Shown piece by piece: positions 1 through 8,667 of a stretch of 64,000 bases of DNA. Position numbers and translations under genes: made by a program. The notes under the pieces were generated by a model. That model worked only from the letters and a program-made list of their open reading frames with translations, did not search any database and was not told the DNA's origin. The DNA is from a virus, in IMG/VR virus record IMGVR_UViG_3300042567_000108, positions 15,357 through 79,356 of that record; one strand, written 5' to 3'. Position 1 is the stretch's first letter; each line of letters opens with the position of its first letter.

Positions 1-260
1 CTACCCTTACGTTTGTGCCACACCACACCTGTCCATGCGTTGTCGTTAGCCATCTCGACTATCAACTCTTCTGTCCACCCCGCCAAGTCCATCTTGGCGT
101 GGTTTTTTATCTCTATTGTAACTCCAGGTATACCTGAGATGTCACCTTTATCTAGGGTTGCACCAGCCAAGCGTCTGTCTACATAAGGGAACCATTGCTT
201 GAGATACTTAACTACATCTCGCTCTGCTCCTGAGCCTTTGGCTTTGGCTGCGCTACCCAT
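1..260 (-). CDS. Holliday junction resolvase-like nuclease (3' end outside window)
   Basis: Hand translation MGSAAKAKGSGAERDVVKYLK...DKGDI...IEIKN; homologous to 38617..38985; TAATG overlap with helicase stop. Confidence 0.7.
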   Translation of the reverse strand, partial: MGSAAKAKGSGAERDVVKYLKQWFPYVDRRLAGATLDKGDISGIPGVTIEIKNHAKMDLAGWTEELIVEMANDNAWTGVVWHKRKG

Positions 261-1075
261 TACACCTTCATCTCTACTTGTCTGTAGTCTCTTACTACAT
301 CCTCTAAGTACATAGAGGCTGGGTCAAATGATAGTGATACGTATGTGTTACCAGTAAAGTCTGCTTTACCATAACGATTTTTAACAGGGGCTACACATAG
401 ATATGCGTCTGGTCCCTGCATCATCTGTCCTACTGTCAACACCATAGCAGGTACTTGACTAACCATACCCTGCAACGCTGAGCGTGGCTGACATGGAAAA
501 CCTTGAGCACCTTCTTTAGTATGGTGTAACACTAGTACACATGCATTGGTATCTCTTGCAAGATACTTGAGTTCTTTCATAACTTGTCGCATAGCAGCAA
601 ACTCTTCGCCACCATCAACAGCAATATCCATAAGGTTATCTACTACGATAAGCGTAGGACTTCTACCCCACATAGTTTCAAATGCAGATACTTCTGCATC
701 TAAATCGTTAAGGGTTGGGCTGGGTTCAAACGACCAGTACAAATTAGAGAACTCTCGCAAGAGTTCTTCTGCTTTGGCTGGCTCCGTCTTAAGCATATGT
801 TCTGCATGCGCCTGACTTATCTTTGCTTTCATAGCAAGCAAACGCATAGCCATAGTGTGTGCATTAGTATCGGCAGAAAAGTATAGTGTCGGTTGTTTTA
901 GCCTTGCTGCGATATGTAATGCAATAGATGACTTACCTGCGCCAGGAGTACCAGCAATTACTGATACTTCTGCACGGCGTAAGATAATGCCTTCCCGTTG
1001 AAAAGCCTGAAAGGGAGGGGGTAATGGTTCTCCTCCTACTTCTGGCTTACCAATACTACGGCGTAATGTTTTCAT
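260..1075 (-). CDS. DnaB/RecA-like replicative helicase (C-terminal domain type)
   Basis: Walker A GTPGAGKS, Walker B LIVVDNL, VLHH and KNRYG motifs. Confidence 0.85.
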   Translation of the reverse strand: MKTLRRSIGKPEVGGEPLPPPFQAFQREGIILRRAEVSVIAGTPGAGKSSIALHIAARLKQPTLYFSADTNAHTMAMRLLAMKAKISQAHAEHMLKTEPAKAEELLREFSNLYWSFEPSPTLNDLDAEVSAFETMWGRSPTLIVVDNLMDIAVDGGEEFAAMRQVMKELKYLARDTNACVLVLHHTKEGAQGFPCQPRSALQGMVSQVPAMVLTVGQMMQGPDAYLCVAPVKNRYGKADFTGNTYVSLSFDPASMYLEDVVRDYRQVEMKV

Positions 1076-1518
1076 TATGCCTTGGTCTGGTCAGGTACGA
1101 ATGAGTTCCACTCTGCTTGGTTCTGCTTGATGTACTGAGTTGTACACTTAGTTGGGTCGCCTTGCTTAGCAGGGCAGAAGTAACCCTTGTATGGACCAAA
1201 CTTACCTGTTAGTCCATGGATGCGTGTCATTGTACCGTGAGGACAAGTGCGTGAACCTGCACTTATTGTTGGTGGTGGTGTATCAAATGAGTCAACAACT
1301 GTGCCACCAAATTGATTAGCAATAGATGCTACTGCTGGGTTAGGTGGTACTGCTGCATTAGTGCCACGCACTGCTGTTTCTACTTCATTGACTGCTTCTA
1401 CGATAGCAAAGATGGTTGCTGATAGCGCAGTGAATTCATCTGCGTTGTTAGCACGCAAAGTAATTTGTGTTTTGTTTGGTGTGTGTAGGTTGATACTGAT
1501 TGGTGCTTCGCTGTGCAT
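1075..1518 (-). CDS. Replication-associated protein with C-terminal Cys/His metal-binding motif
   Basis: CPHG..FC..KC motif; homologous to 37180..37596; lies between nuclease and helicase in both genomes. Confidence 0.6.
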   Translation of the reverse strand: MHSEAPISINLHTPNKTQITLRANNADEFTALSATIFAIVEAVNEVETAVRGTNAAVPPNPAVASIANQFGGTVVDSFDTPPPTISAGSRTCPHGTMTRIHGLTGKFGPYKGYFCPAKQGDPTKCTTQYIKQNQAEWNSFVPDQTKA

Positions 1519-2295
1519 TTATTCTCCTTGAATAGGTGTTACTAGGGACTTTTTTGTATCTCGGAAAGTACGAACTTTCATTGCTAATTCTATACCTTTC
1601 CAACCTTGTTTGATGTCAACGAAATGCAGTTCACATTTACCACTACCTGCTGGTAGATGGACAATGATTCCTTTCTCTTGGTTGACACCACCCCAAGAAC
1701 CACGGGTTGCCGTAGCGGGGTCATACGGCAAGCCGTGTGCATACACCGCTAACTGCATGGCAATCTTATTTGGGTAGGCAATACTACCAGTCTTTAGGTC
1801 AGAGATATATAACTCTCCATTGTATTCAACTACACGGTCAGGTGTACCCGCAATCTTGTACTTGTCTAGCACACAGAACTGTTCAATGAATACATTCTTA
1901 AACTTCTTAGTTGCATCTGCATATGCTTGTATGTCTGCAACATACTCGTCAGGTATAACTCCAAGGTCTTCACCTCGGTCATGTTTTTCTGTTAGTGTAT
2001 GGATAGCAGTACCAATATTGGCTTGTGTTGTAGCACCTGCTGCTTCCATTGCATCTTCAACCAACTTGTCCATCTCTAACTTGTTGTCTCTGTGTGCTGA
2101 TGCTGCTAGCAATAAGTCAGGTCGCAGTGTTAATCCTGCTGCAGCCATGCGCAACTTCCACGCTACTAGTGCAGTGCCATCATCTAATGAACCTGCAACT
2201 GTTGTTGTTCTTGTGTACGGCACAGCCTTGCCACCCTTCGGTGGCACTACCATTGGTCTACCGTAACGGTCTCTTGGAACTTCTACTTCTGACAT
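1519..2295 (-). CDS. PD-(D/E)XK exonuclease
   Basis: GTAIH, AGTPDR, ISDLKTG and QLAVYA motifs. Confidence 0.8.
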   Translation of the reverse strand: MSEVEVPRDRYGRPMVVPPKGGKAVPYTRTTTVAGSLDDGTALVAWKLRMAAAGLTLRPDLLLAASAHRDNKLEMDKLVEDAMEAAGATTQANIGTAIHTLTEKHDRGEDLGVIPDEYVADIQAYADATKKFKNVFIEQFCVLDKYKIAGTPDRVVEYNGELYISDLKTGSIAYPNKIAMQLAVYAHGLPYDPATATRGSWGGVNQEKGIIVHLPAGSGKCELHFVDIKQGWKGIELAMKVRTFRDTKKSLVTPIQGE

Positions 2296-2385
2296 ACGTC
2301 TCCCTTGTTAATAGGTTGGGGAGCAGGAACAAGGAGAGAGCCGAAACCCTGCCACCCCAACCCACTCATCATAACATAGCAGGGG

Positions 2386-2766
2386 CTATGCGTTGATGTC
2401 ATTGCCACAGTGAGGGCAAAGTTTTTCTCGTTTCTTGTAGACTTCATGTATCACTTGGTCTTTAAAGTTTTGATGCACATATATCTTGCATCTGTTGCGT
2501 GCTTTAACAGCACGTACTATAGCACCTGACTGGTGCAGTACTGACAACACACCACTAGCAGTGCCGTGATGCCAGCCTGTACCTTCGGCTAATTCTTTCC
2601 ACGTCATACCATGTACACCTGCTAGTTTTAAATATGATAATGCTCTAGCCTGGTTGTTTGCTTCTTGTCCTGATGCAACATTATCTATAGCACGAGCCTT
2701 AGATGTATCAGTACCTGACCATCCAGCCGTACCTTTGTATGGTCTATAAGGTACGTATTCTGCCAT
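2386..2766 (-). CDS. Winged-helix DNA-binding protein
   Basis: GMTWKELAEGTGWHHGTASGVLSVL HTH-like segment; C-terminal CPHC. Confidence 0.55.
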   Translation of the reverse strand: MAEYVPYRPYKGTAGWSGTDTSKARAIDNVASGQEANNQARALSYLKLAGVHGMTWKELAEGTGWHHGTASGVLSVLHQSGAIVRAVKARNRCKIYVHQNFKDQVIHEVYKKREKLCPHCGNDINA

Positions 2767-3185
2767 TAGTCTTCTTCTTCCATATCATGTACTTCAATCT
2801 GGTCAACCTCAATGTCGCCATCATAGAAGTCAACTGTTACGTTGTCTGTAAAGATAGTCTCGGCATCATCTGCATCTTCTGCATCTACGCTGAAGGTACC
2901 AGTGATTGTGTATGTAGCACTGTATCTTGTTGTAAGTTTGTTGGCACCAATGGATTCAAGTAACTCATTGACATCTGACTTTGTGATTGTTGTTTCACCA
3001 TCACTCCATTCACACTCACTGAAGAAGTCACGGACTTTATAAGTATTACTAATCCTTTGTGCGCGGTCTTCTGATGCACTTGCTTGGATTGCATTTACTT
3101 CGCCTGCTTTCTCAATGAATCGAATTACTTCTGACTCAGTGTAGTTTACAACACCATCTACTGTGTTAATCTGGATTGTGTTCAT
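2766..3185 (-). CDS. Acidic hypothetical protein
   Basis: 139-aa ORF with GAGAGGA RBS; very acidic C-terminus. Confidence 0.7.
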   Translation of the reverse strand: MNTIQINTVDGVVNYTESEVIRFIEKAGEVNAIQASASEDRAQRISNTYKVRDFFSECEWSDGETTITKSDVNELLESIGANKLTTRYSATYTITGTFSVDAEDADDAETIFTDNVTVDFYDGDIEVDQIEVHDMEEED

Positions 3186-3310
3186 GTGTTCCTCTCGTTG
3201 TTTAGTGTCCCGTGTGCGCTACTGGCGGGACAACCCAGTAAAAGGCAGCAACTGTATAGGAAATGAACGAAACTATACAGTAACCGTGCGCATTTACCCG
3301 ATAGGTAAAC

Positions 3311-4306
3311 CTATACTAGCAGAGATAAAGCCTTAGTCTTTACTCTGTCATTGCGTCCACTAAGGGTGGCGGCTGCAAGACGTTCAGCGCCGCCCGTTGC
3401 ATAGTGGTCAGCAAATTCTACCACTGCATGCCATGCACCAAAGGCTGTGCCTCTGATGTTCTCTTGTGTTTCTGATTCGCTATAGATAGACCATGCTTTA
3501 GCACGTGCATCTTTAGCAATGGTCTGTTGCTTGCGTTCACCACGTGTGAGCAAATCGTATGGCTTATCTTCAATGGTAGAAGGTAGTGCCCATACTGACT
3601 TGAAGAAGTTAATTGCTTGCTCACGTGAGAAGTCAATGCCAAGCAGACGATTGGCTGTTAACTCGTAATCATCTATAGCCTGATATGTAAGGTTAGTAAT
3701 GTTACGGATGTCAGCAATAGATAACTCTTGGTTAGTAGTGTGTGACATACGGTATGTGTACTCATTGTACTTACGCTTTTGATTGTTACTAATCAAACCG
3801 TTGACCTGATTAGCACAGAACAAACGCTCAATGATTGGCTTGATAACAACAGATGATGAGCCATCATGTGATGTCTTTACTAATAAGAATGCAGCGTGTG
3901 GGTCATTGGCTACCGAGATACCACGAGGTAACTCTAGTACCATCCAGATGTTAGAGCCACCATTAAACTCACCTGCTGCTGCATAGCGTGCATCACCTGC
4001 ATCTACTAGTGTATCTAATGCGTTAAAGACTTCCATGTTTTGTACTACTTTATACTTAGTACCAACAATACCAATGACTGAGTTGTTATCCTCACGGATA
4101 ATAGCCTGCTTTTTTGGTACATCTATGTATGTGGCTGGTGTTACACCATGCTCATCAATAGATAGGGGTGTACTTACTGCTTGTAGTTCACCTGTGCGTA
4201 CAGTCCAGTTAAGTCCTGCTTGTGTGGCTGCACTTGCAGCAGAGGTAGCCTCCACTGCTGTGCCACCACGTACCCATGCTGAGCGGTGTTTACTTGCTAC
4301 TGTCAT
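3311..4306 (-). CDS. DUF932-family phage/plasmid protein
   Basis: AGLNWTV, YKVVQN, SHDGSSS, CANQ, HTTN and GTAFGAWHAVVEFADH pattern; start placed at MTVASK. Confidence 0.8.
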   Translation of the reverse strand: MTVASKHRSAWVRGGTAVEATSAASAATQAGLNWTVRTGELQAVSTPLSIDEHGVTPATYIDVPKKQAIIREDNNSVIGIVGTKYKVVQNMEVFNALDTLVDAGDARYAAAGEFNGGSNIWMVLELPRGISVANDPHAAFLLVKTSHDGSSSVVIKPIIERLFCANQVNGLISNNQKRKYNEYTYRMSHTTNQELSIADIRNITNLTYQAIDDYELTANRLLGIDFSREQAINFFKSVWALPSTIEDKPYDLLTRGERKQQTIAKDARAKAWSIYSESETQENIRGTAFGAWHAVVEFADHYATGGAERLAAATLSGRNDRVKTKALSLLV

Positions 4307-4835
4307 GTGCTTCTCCAAAGATTCCTGCTGTTACTTTAGGATGTAGTTCCATTTGCATGGCTTGGAAGGCAGCAACTGGCCACCCTGAACCAAACACTCT
4401 ACCTAACAGGGTAGCCAGTGAATAGCCTTGTCCTTTGCCAATCTTTAATAGTTCAAATGCTTTATCAACATCTGACTTCTGATAGTACGTAAGTGCTAGC
4501 AGTGTGGCTGGTGCTGCGACAGTGTCACTTGTTGCTGCATCATGTAACCATTCAAGAATAGGAATAGTTTTATCTGTATCTTCTGGTACTAGTAGACCCA
4601 TGGCATAGTCACGTACTTGTACGTCACGTAATGCTAGTAGTACTGCTGCTGTTGTTTCTGTCATTAGTTCTTCGTCAGTCTTAAAGAGGTCAAAGTTTTT
4701 GATGAACAACTCTACCGTTTCAGCAGCATGACGTTGCTCACTGTGACCTAGTTCAAACTGACCCTTATAATCTGCCACTGTTACTTCTTTAATGGCATAT
4801 ATTCTTTCTCTTATCTTTTCTTTATTCACTTGCAT
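4290..4835 (-). CDS. DUF4192-like protein
   Basis: LRDVQVRDYAMG...APATLLALTYY...YSLATLL resembles actinobacterial DUF4192. Confidence 0.55.
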   Translation of the reverse strand: MQVNKEKIRERIYAIKEVTVADYKGQFELGHSEQRHAAETVELFIKNFDLFKTDEELMTETTAAVLLALRDVQVRDYAMGLLVPEDTDKTIPILEWLHDAATSDTVAAPATLLALTYYQKSDVDKAFELLKIGKGQGYSLATLLGRVFGSGWPVAAFQAMQMELHPKVTAGIFGEAHDSSK

Positions 4836-4992
4836 CTCCCTTGTTTGATAGTCCCTTACTTGATTGCCATATCCACACTACATCTGTGTTATCAAATGGT
4901 AGTGTCTTTGTTACCTTGTATAAAGCATCATCATCATTGTCTGCTTCAACAAAGAACGCTATGTTTATTTGCCATTGTCTAGTACCAGCCAT
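4822..4992 (-). CDS. Small hypothetical protein (56 aa, not in ORF track)
   Basis: MAGTRQWQINIAFFVEADNDDDALYKV...; fills the gap in the minus-strand operon. Confidence 0.55.
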   Translation of the reverse strand: MAGTRQWQINIAFFVEADNDDDALYKVTKTLPFDNTDVVWIWQSSKGLSNKGDASE

Positions 4993-5407
4993 GCTTCCTC
5001 CAATGTGCCCATGCTGCTGAAGGTTTGTCGTACCTATGTACTATGTACTCCAGCCCCCGCGCAACTTGTTGCGGGGCTGGGGTTCCAGGCTTGGTGCCTA
5101 AGACTTGTGCTATACCATAGGCTGTTGACTCAGGGTTATCCGCATCATGTCTCCATGCTGACTCTTTACCCCATAGTTTCATCAGTGCTTTATGTTCGCT
5201 GCGGTTCCACTCAGGGAACCACATTTTCATGTATGAAACTGCATACAATTTTGCTGCGTATGGTGTCCATACTTTAGGTAGTCTGTGTTCGTTATAACAT
5301 AGGTCGTTAACATGTTGTGAGTAATACTTATAAGGCAGACCTAGCATTGTAGTAAAGGTCAACATCATAGTACTACCAACAGCCAACCACTTTCTTACTT
5401 CGTTCAT
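4979..5407 (-). CDS. Membrane-anchored lytic transglycosylase-like protein
   Basis: N-terminal hydrophobic segment; LWGKESAW, AYGIAQ, GLEYIVHRY and AWAHW lysozyme-fold motifs. Confidence 0.75.
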   Translation of the reverse strand: MNEVRKWLAVGSTMMLTFTTMLGLPYKYYSQHVNDLCYNEHRLPKVWTPYAAKLYAVSYMKMWFPEWNRSEHKALMKLWGKESAWRHDADNPESTAYGIAQVLGTKPGTPAPQQVARGLEYIVHRYDKPSAAWAHWRKHGWY

Positions 5408-5416
5408 GACTATCTC

Positions 5417-5545
5417 CTAGTCTTCGTCTCCGTACATACGGTCAGGCTCATTGCATACACACTCATAGATAAAGCAACCGCAATCTTCGCACTCATCTGA
5501 TTCACCTGTTGCAACAGGGTCATCAAGCGGTGGTTCGTAACTCAT
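5417..5545 (-). CDS. Acidic Cys-rich microprotein (42 aa, MSYEPPLDD...)
   Basis: Hand translation; AGGAG RBS; N-terminus shared with 43314..43421. Confidence 0.65.
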   Translation of the reverse strand: MSYEPPLDDPVATGESDECEDCGCFIYECVCNEPDRMYGDED

Positions 5546-5810
5546 AGTTTCTCCTTCGTGTTACATGTATTGGGTCTCCATACATACTGCTTCTTATGAT
5601 TGTATCTATTGATACTCCGTATACATCACACAATTTTAGCAGCCTTCTAAGTGTAATGTTTCTACTGTTGCGTTCGTAACTACCCACTGCTTCTTTAGTA
5701 AACTCACCATTAGTAACTAGTTCTACATGCTCAAGGGTATAACCTTTGAGTAAGCGTACATACTTAAGGGTGTTTACTACTTCTAAGTATTCAGGATTTA
5801 AGTTACTCAT
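5523..5810 (-). CDS. XRE-family HTH regulator
   Basis: LKYVRLLKGYTLEHV...VGSYERNSRNITLRRLLKLCDVYGVS; start moved to MSNLNP. Confidence 0.75.
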   Translation of the reverse strand: MSNLNPEYLEVVNTLKYVRLLKGYTLEHVELVTNGEFTKEAVGSYERNSRNITLRRLLKLCDVYGVSIDTIIRSSMYGDPIHVTRRRNYELRTTA

Positions 5811-5916
5811 TATCTTCCTCACATTCATCACACTCTTTGCATAACCCACAGTCATCACATACAAAGTTATACTGCTCGCATACTTCACAGTATGGTGGTG
5901 TGTATGGTCCACTCAT
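5803..5916 (-). CDS. Cys-rich microprotein (37 aa)
   Basis: MSGPYTPPYCEVCEQYNFVCDDCGLCKECDECEEDNE; repeated CxxC. Confidence 0.5.
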   Translation of the reverse strand: MSGPYTPPYCEVCEQYNFVCDDCGLCKECDECEEDNE

Positions 5917-5919
5917 GGC

Positions 5920-6276
5920 TTACCAACTAGCCAAGTACTCAAACATAGCATCGTCTACTGACTCATCTATTACTCTGTCAAGTAGTGTAATTGTTTCTTT
6001 TAGGATATCCCAGTACCATTCATCTATACCTGTACCACCAAAGAAAAACCCTTCTGTAGGTGGCAGTAGTTCCATTGCTGTTTCTTCTGTGCCTTCATCT
6101 ACTACTTTTTGGCAGTCATCTCGCAGTTGAATGATGTCTTGTTTGGTTAGGCTAACAGGTGTGCAGTCATCTACTACACCAGCATTGTTGATAATCCAAC
6201 CATGAATTGCATTAGCCTTACGCCAGTATGCAACCTCATGTACTTGCTTCTCATACAGATACATGTCTAGTCCCAT
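5920..6276 (-). CDS. Conserved phage hypothetical protein
   Basis: MGLDMYL..YWRKANAIHGW..LLP..GFFFG..Y.ASW pattern; AGGAG RBS. Confidence 0.7.
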   Translation of the reverse strand: MGLDMYLYEKQVHEVAYWRKANAIHGWIINNAGVVDDCTPVSLTKQDIIQLRDDCQKVVDEGTEETAMELLPPTEGFFFGGTGIDEWYWDILKETITLLDRVIDESVDDAMFEYLASW

Positions 6277-6277
6277 G

Positions 6278-6487
6278 TTACTCTCCTTGTTTTAGTACTT
6301 CGATAGATACTTTGTTAATGAATGGCTTGGTCATGTTAACCCAGTCCACACCATACTCATCAGCCAATCGCTCCCATGCTGCTGTCTCTACATCACGCTG
6401 GTCAGGGCTGAATGTTGTTTCGATAGTAGTGACCATGATGAAATGGTCTGCTGCAAATAGAACATCAGTTGTAATTGTATTGCTCAT
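6278..6487 (-). CDS. Hypothetical protein
   Basis: ORF in operon; start likely MSNTITT. Confidence 0.6.
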   Translation of the reverse strand: MSNTITTDVLFAADHFIMVTTIETTFSPDQRDVETAAWERLADEYGVDWVNMTKPFINKVSIEVLKQGE

Positions 6488-6663
6488 TAGAATGGTACCT
6501 CCACATGGTTTTGACATGACTTGCGCCATGCTAATAATCTACGGCGTAGATATCTGTTTTCTTCTATCAGTTTTACATTGGCATACGTCAGTATAAACAG
6601 CATCACTAGGCTAGCACCTAACGCTATAGTTATACCAACAATCATTGCTGTATCTAAATACAT
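6487..6663 (-). CDS. Small single-TM protein (58 aa, not in ORF track)
   Basis: MYLDTAMIVGITIALGASLVMLFILTY..LRRR; GGGAGAG RBS; similar layout to 46613..46753. Confidence 0.6.
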   Translation of the reverse strand: MYLDTAMIVGITIALGASLVMLFILTYANVKLIEENRYLRRRLLAWRKSCQNHVEVPF

Positions 6664-6736
6664 GTTGCTCTCCCTGTAGTTATAAAAAAGTTATGGACTT
6701 GTAGCGGTCCGCTGAGGTTACGGTGCCCCGCACCAT

Positions 6737-6780
6737 AAAAAAAGGGAGAGTGAGTGACTATCTCTAGCCACCCACCCTCC
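6737..6780 (-). terminator. Intrinsic terminator after SSB-like gene
   Basis: Minus-strand stem GGAGGGTGGGTGGCTA-GAGA-TAGTCACTCACTCTCC with G-U pairs, then a T7 run. Confidence 0.75.
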
Positions 6781-6786
6781 TGTCTT

Positions 6787-7131
6787 TTAGTTTGTTACGA
6801 CCTCATGAACCTCTAACTGTAACTGAGGTGCTCGTCGTGCGCTTTCCTCCACGTTTTGACGGCGGTCAAAGCGTGTAACTAGACGACCTTTAAGTGTTAC
6901 CAGGTCGGATTGTTCCTGACCAGCACGAGTCACACCAAGGATTTCACCTACGGTTGAGTCATCCAATGCCACGATATTAAACCCACATACATACACTTGA
7001 CGGTCAGCCTCCCCGTTTGAGAACGCTGAGATTTCGCGTTGGTCAAACCAGCCTGTCACCATGGTTCCCTTTGAACCTGTGAATGTACGTACGTTCTTAA
7101 TCTTACCTGTGATTGTTACTTCGTTGTTCAT
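6787..7131 (-). CDS. SSB-like OB-fold protein
   Basis: MNNEVTITGKIKN...VTLKGRLVTR...LQLEVHEV pattern. Confidence 0.6.
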   Translation of the reverse strand: MNNEVTITGKIKNVRTFTGSKGTMVTGWFDQREISAFSNGEADRQVYVCGFNIVALDDSTVGEILGVTRAGQEQSDLVTLKGRLVTRFDRRQNVEESARRAPQLQLEVHEVVTN

Positions 7132-7216
7132 CTGTTTCTCCTTGTTAGTTTCGGTAGTTGATTTTAGGCTGATAGCCCGCTATCACGAAGTGTAGCGGGA
7201 CTATCTGCCCTTCTTT

Positions 7217-7771
7217 CTATCTTACGTTGTTTTCCAATGGCTTGTCACATGATTGACAGTCATTGAATGCTTTGGGTGTGAGTATGTGACACCATTTGCA
7301 CTCTGTTTCACGTGCACGTTGGCGCTCATCGTCCAACTCCCATAGTTCTTCATACTCACCACCGTCCATCAATTGTGCGATAGGTGGTGTGAACTCTTTT
7401 CGTAGTAACCAAGGGTCATCTTGGTCTACGAACTTAACGGATAGTTCTATGAGAGTCATGCTCTCGTCTTTCCATATTTCGGTGAACACTGCTTTTCTCC
7501 TTGCTTTACCGACTACTGTTTCTGACGACACCCAATCGCTTGCCGTTGGGTTGTCGTCTTGGTTTAGGGTTAGTGCTTTGCCTTCCCCTAGTCTGTCATC
7601 TTCATGCAAGTCCCAAGCGTGCTTGTCGGACTTGCTTTCTTTTGTTTCGTAGCAGTTGATGCAACTGTCTACTTGCTCATCGCCTGTGTATAGGTGCATG
7701 AGGTTTGATGTCACAGGGAACTCACAGCATGTTTCTGTGTGTGTGGTGATGCTGATGCCTTGTTCTGTCAT
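7217..7771 (-). CDS. Early hypothetical protein with CxxC motifs
   Basis: First ORF of the early arm; CINC and CKWC..CQSC. Confidence 0.6.
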   Translation of the reverse strand: MTEQGISITTHTETCCEFPVTSNLMHLYTGDEQVDSCINCYETKESKSDKHAWDLHEDDRLGEGKALTLNQDDNPTASDWVSSETVVGKARRKAVFTEIWKDESMTLIELSVKFVDQDDPWLLRKEFTPPIAQLMDGGEYEELWELDDERQRARETECKWCHILTPKAFNDCQSCDKPLENNVR

Positions 7772-7927
7772 TTCCTTATCCTTTCGTCTGTTTCCACCTG
7801 ATGTGAAAACGCGTATATCAATACTCCTAAGTCAATCGGATAGCGCATATGCGCTAGACGCGGGGCGTGGCTGGACTGCGAGCCTGCGAGCAGGCGCACA
7901 TTCATGGGCGCTCCAGACACGACAGAT

Positions 7928-8178
7928 GCGTGGTTTACCACGCTGAGAGCAATCATTACCGCTTTGCTCTGCTGAATAGGCAGAGCAGGGAATGATTTGA
8001 CGACGGAGTATGATAGGAGCACCGCAGGAGGACGAGCCTGAGTATGTCGTAGCGCGGCTTTGACGCGCCGACAGACTGGCGAGAGATGAGGGCTGAGTGC
8101 ATGTCAGCATGAGAAGGCAATAGACCATAAGGCTATGCCTTCGATTGCGACAGGCGAGAACGCGTGGTTTACCACGCG
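7928..8178. repeat. Two copies of the palindrome GCGTGG-TTTA-CCACGC
   Basis: Identical 16-mers at 7928-7943 and 8162-8177 in the non-coding region. Confidence 0.85.
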
Positions 8179-8395
8179 GACGGACAGCCTTCGTTCCGAC
8201 CAGTCAGTACGATAGAACTGGTGAGGGTTTGGCAACCATTGCCAAGGCATTAGTTCATAGACGGACAGTCCGAGTATATTCATTTAGTTAGACTGTCAGT
8301 ATCAGACTGGCTCCCAGTCTGCAGGGAGACAGTACACTGTCAGACAACCCTCAGTATAGTAGTCTGTCTGTACAATAATAGTTCTGTCTATAGTC

Positions 8396-8553
8396 TATGA
8401 CCCCCAGTCTTTTAACTATCGGCTGTAGTTCATACTGTATCTCTATCTAGAAATATTTCTGTATATAGTTACAGGGGGCATATAACAGTCTGACCAGCAC
8501 TTTTATAAATATTTCTGTCTAAATAGTTCGTTTAGGTAGTTTGAACGGATTAA
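8396..8553 (+). promoter_or_regulatory. Conserved pre-terminase cis block (candidate packaging/terminus site or late promoter), copy A
   Basis: TATGACCCCC-N5-TTTAA, CTGACCAG and GTTCG-N9-TTTGAAC shared with 47912..48070. Confidence 0.55.
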
Positions 8554-8667
8554 GTATAAGTAGAGACTAAAATATATTCGGAAGTCTTTATAGAGCCTTC
8601 CTCATACTGTTACAGTGTACTGTACAAATATACATCTGTAGGGCGGGGGGACTCTGCCACAAAGGAG

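Noticed and set aside
3251-3281. Hammerhead ribozyme (GAAA-containing hairpin)
   Set aside because: No CUGANGA core or three-stem junction.
4378-4381. Complete GGCC avoidance in genome A
   Set aside because: At least one GGCC occurs here, so only depletion could be claimed, and it needs counting.
7656-8128. ORFs 7656..7946, 7768..8022 and 7832..8128
   Set aside because: No RBS, atypical composition and mutually overlapping; the region looks regulatory.
8526-8546. LexA (SOS) box
   Set aside because: Half-sites are GTTC-N13-GAAC, the opposite order and spacing to the actinobacterial GAAC-N4-GTTC box.
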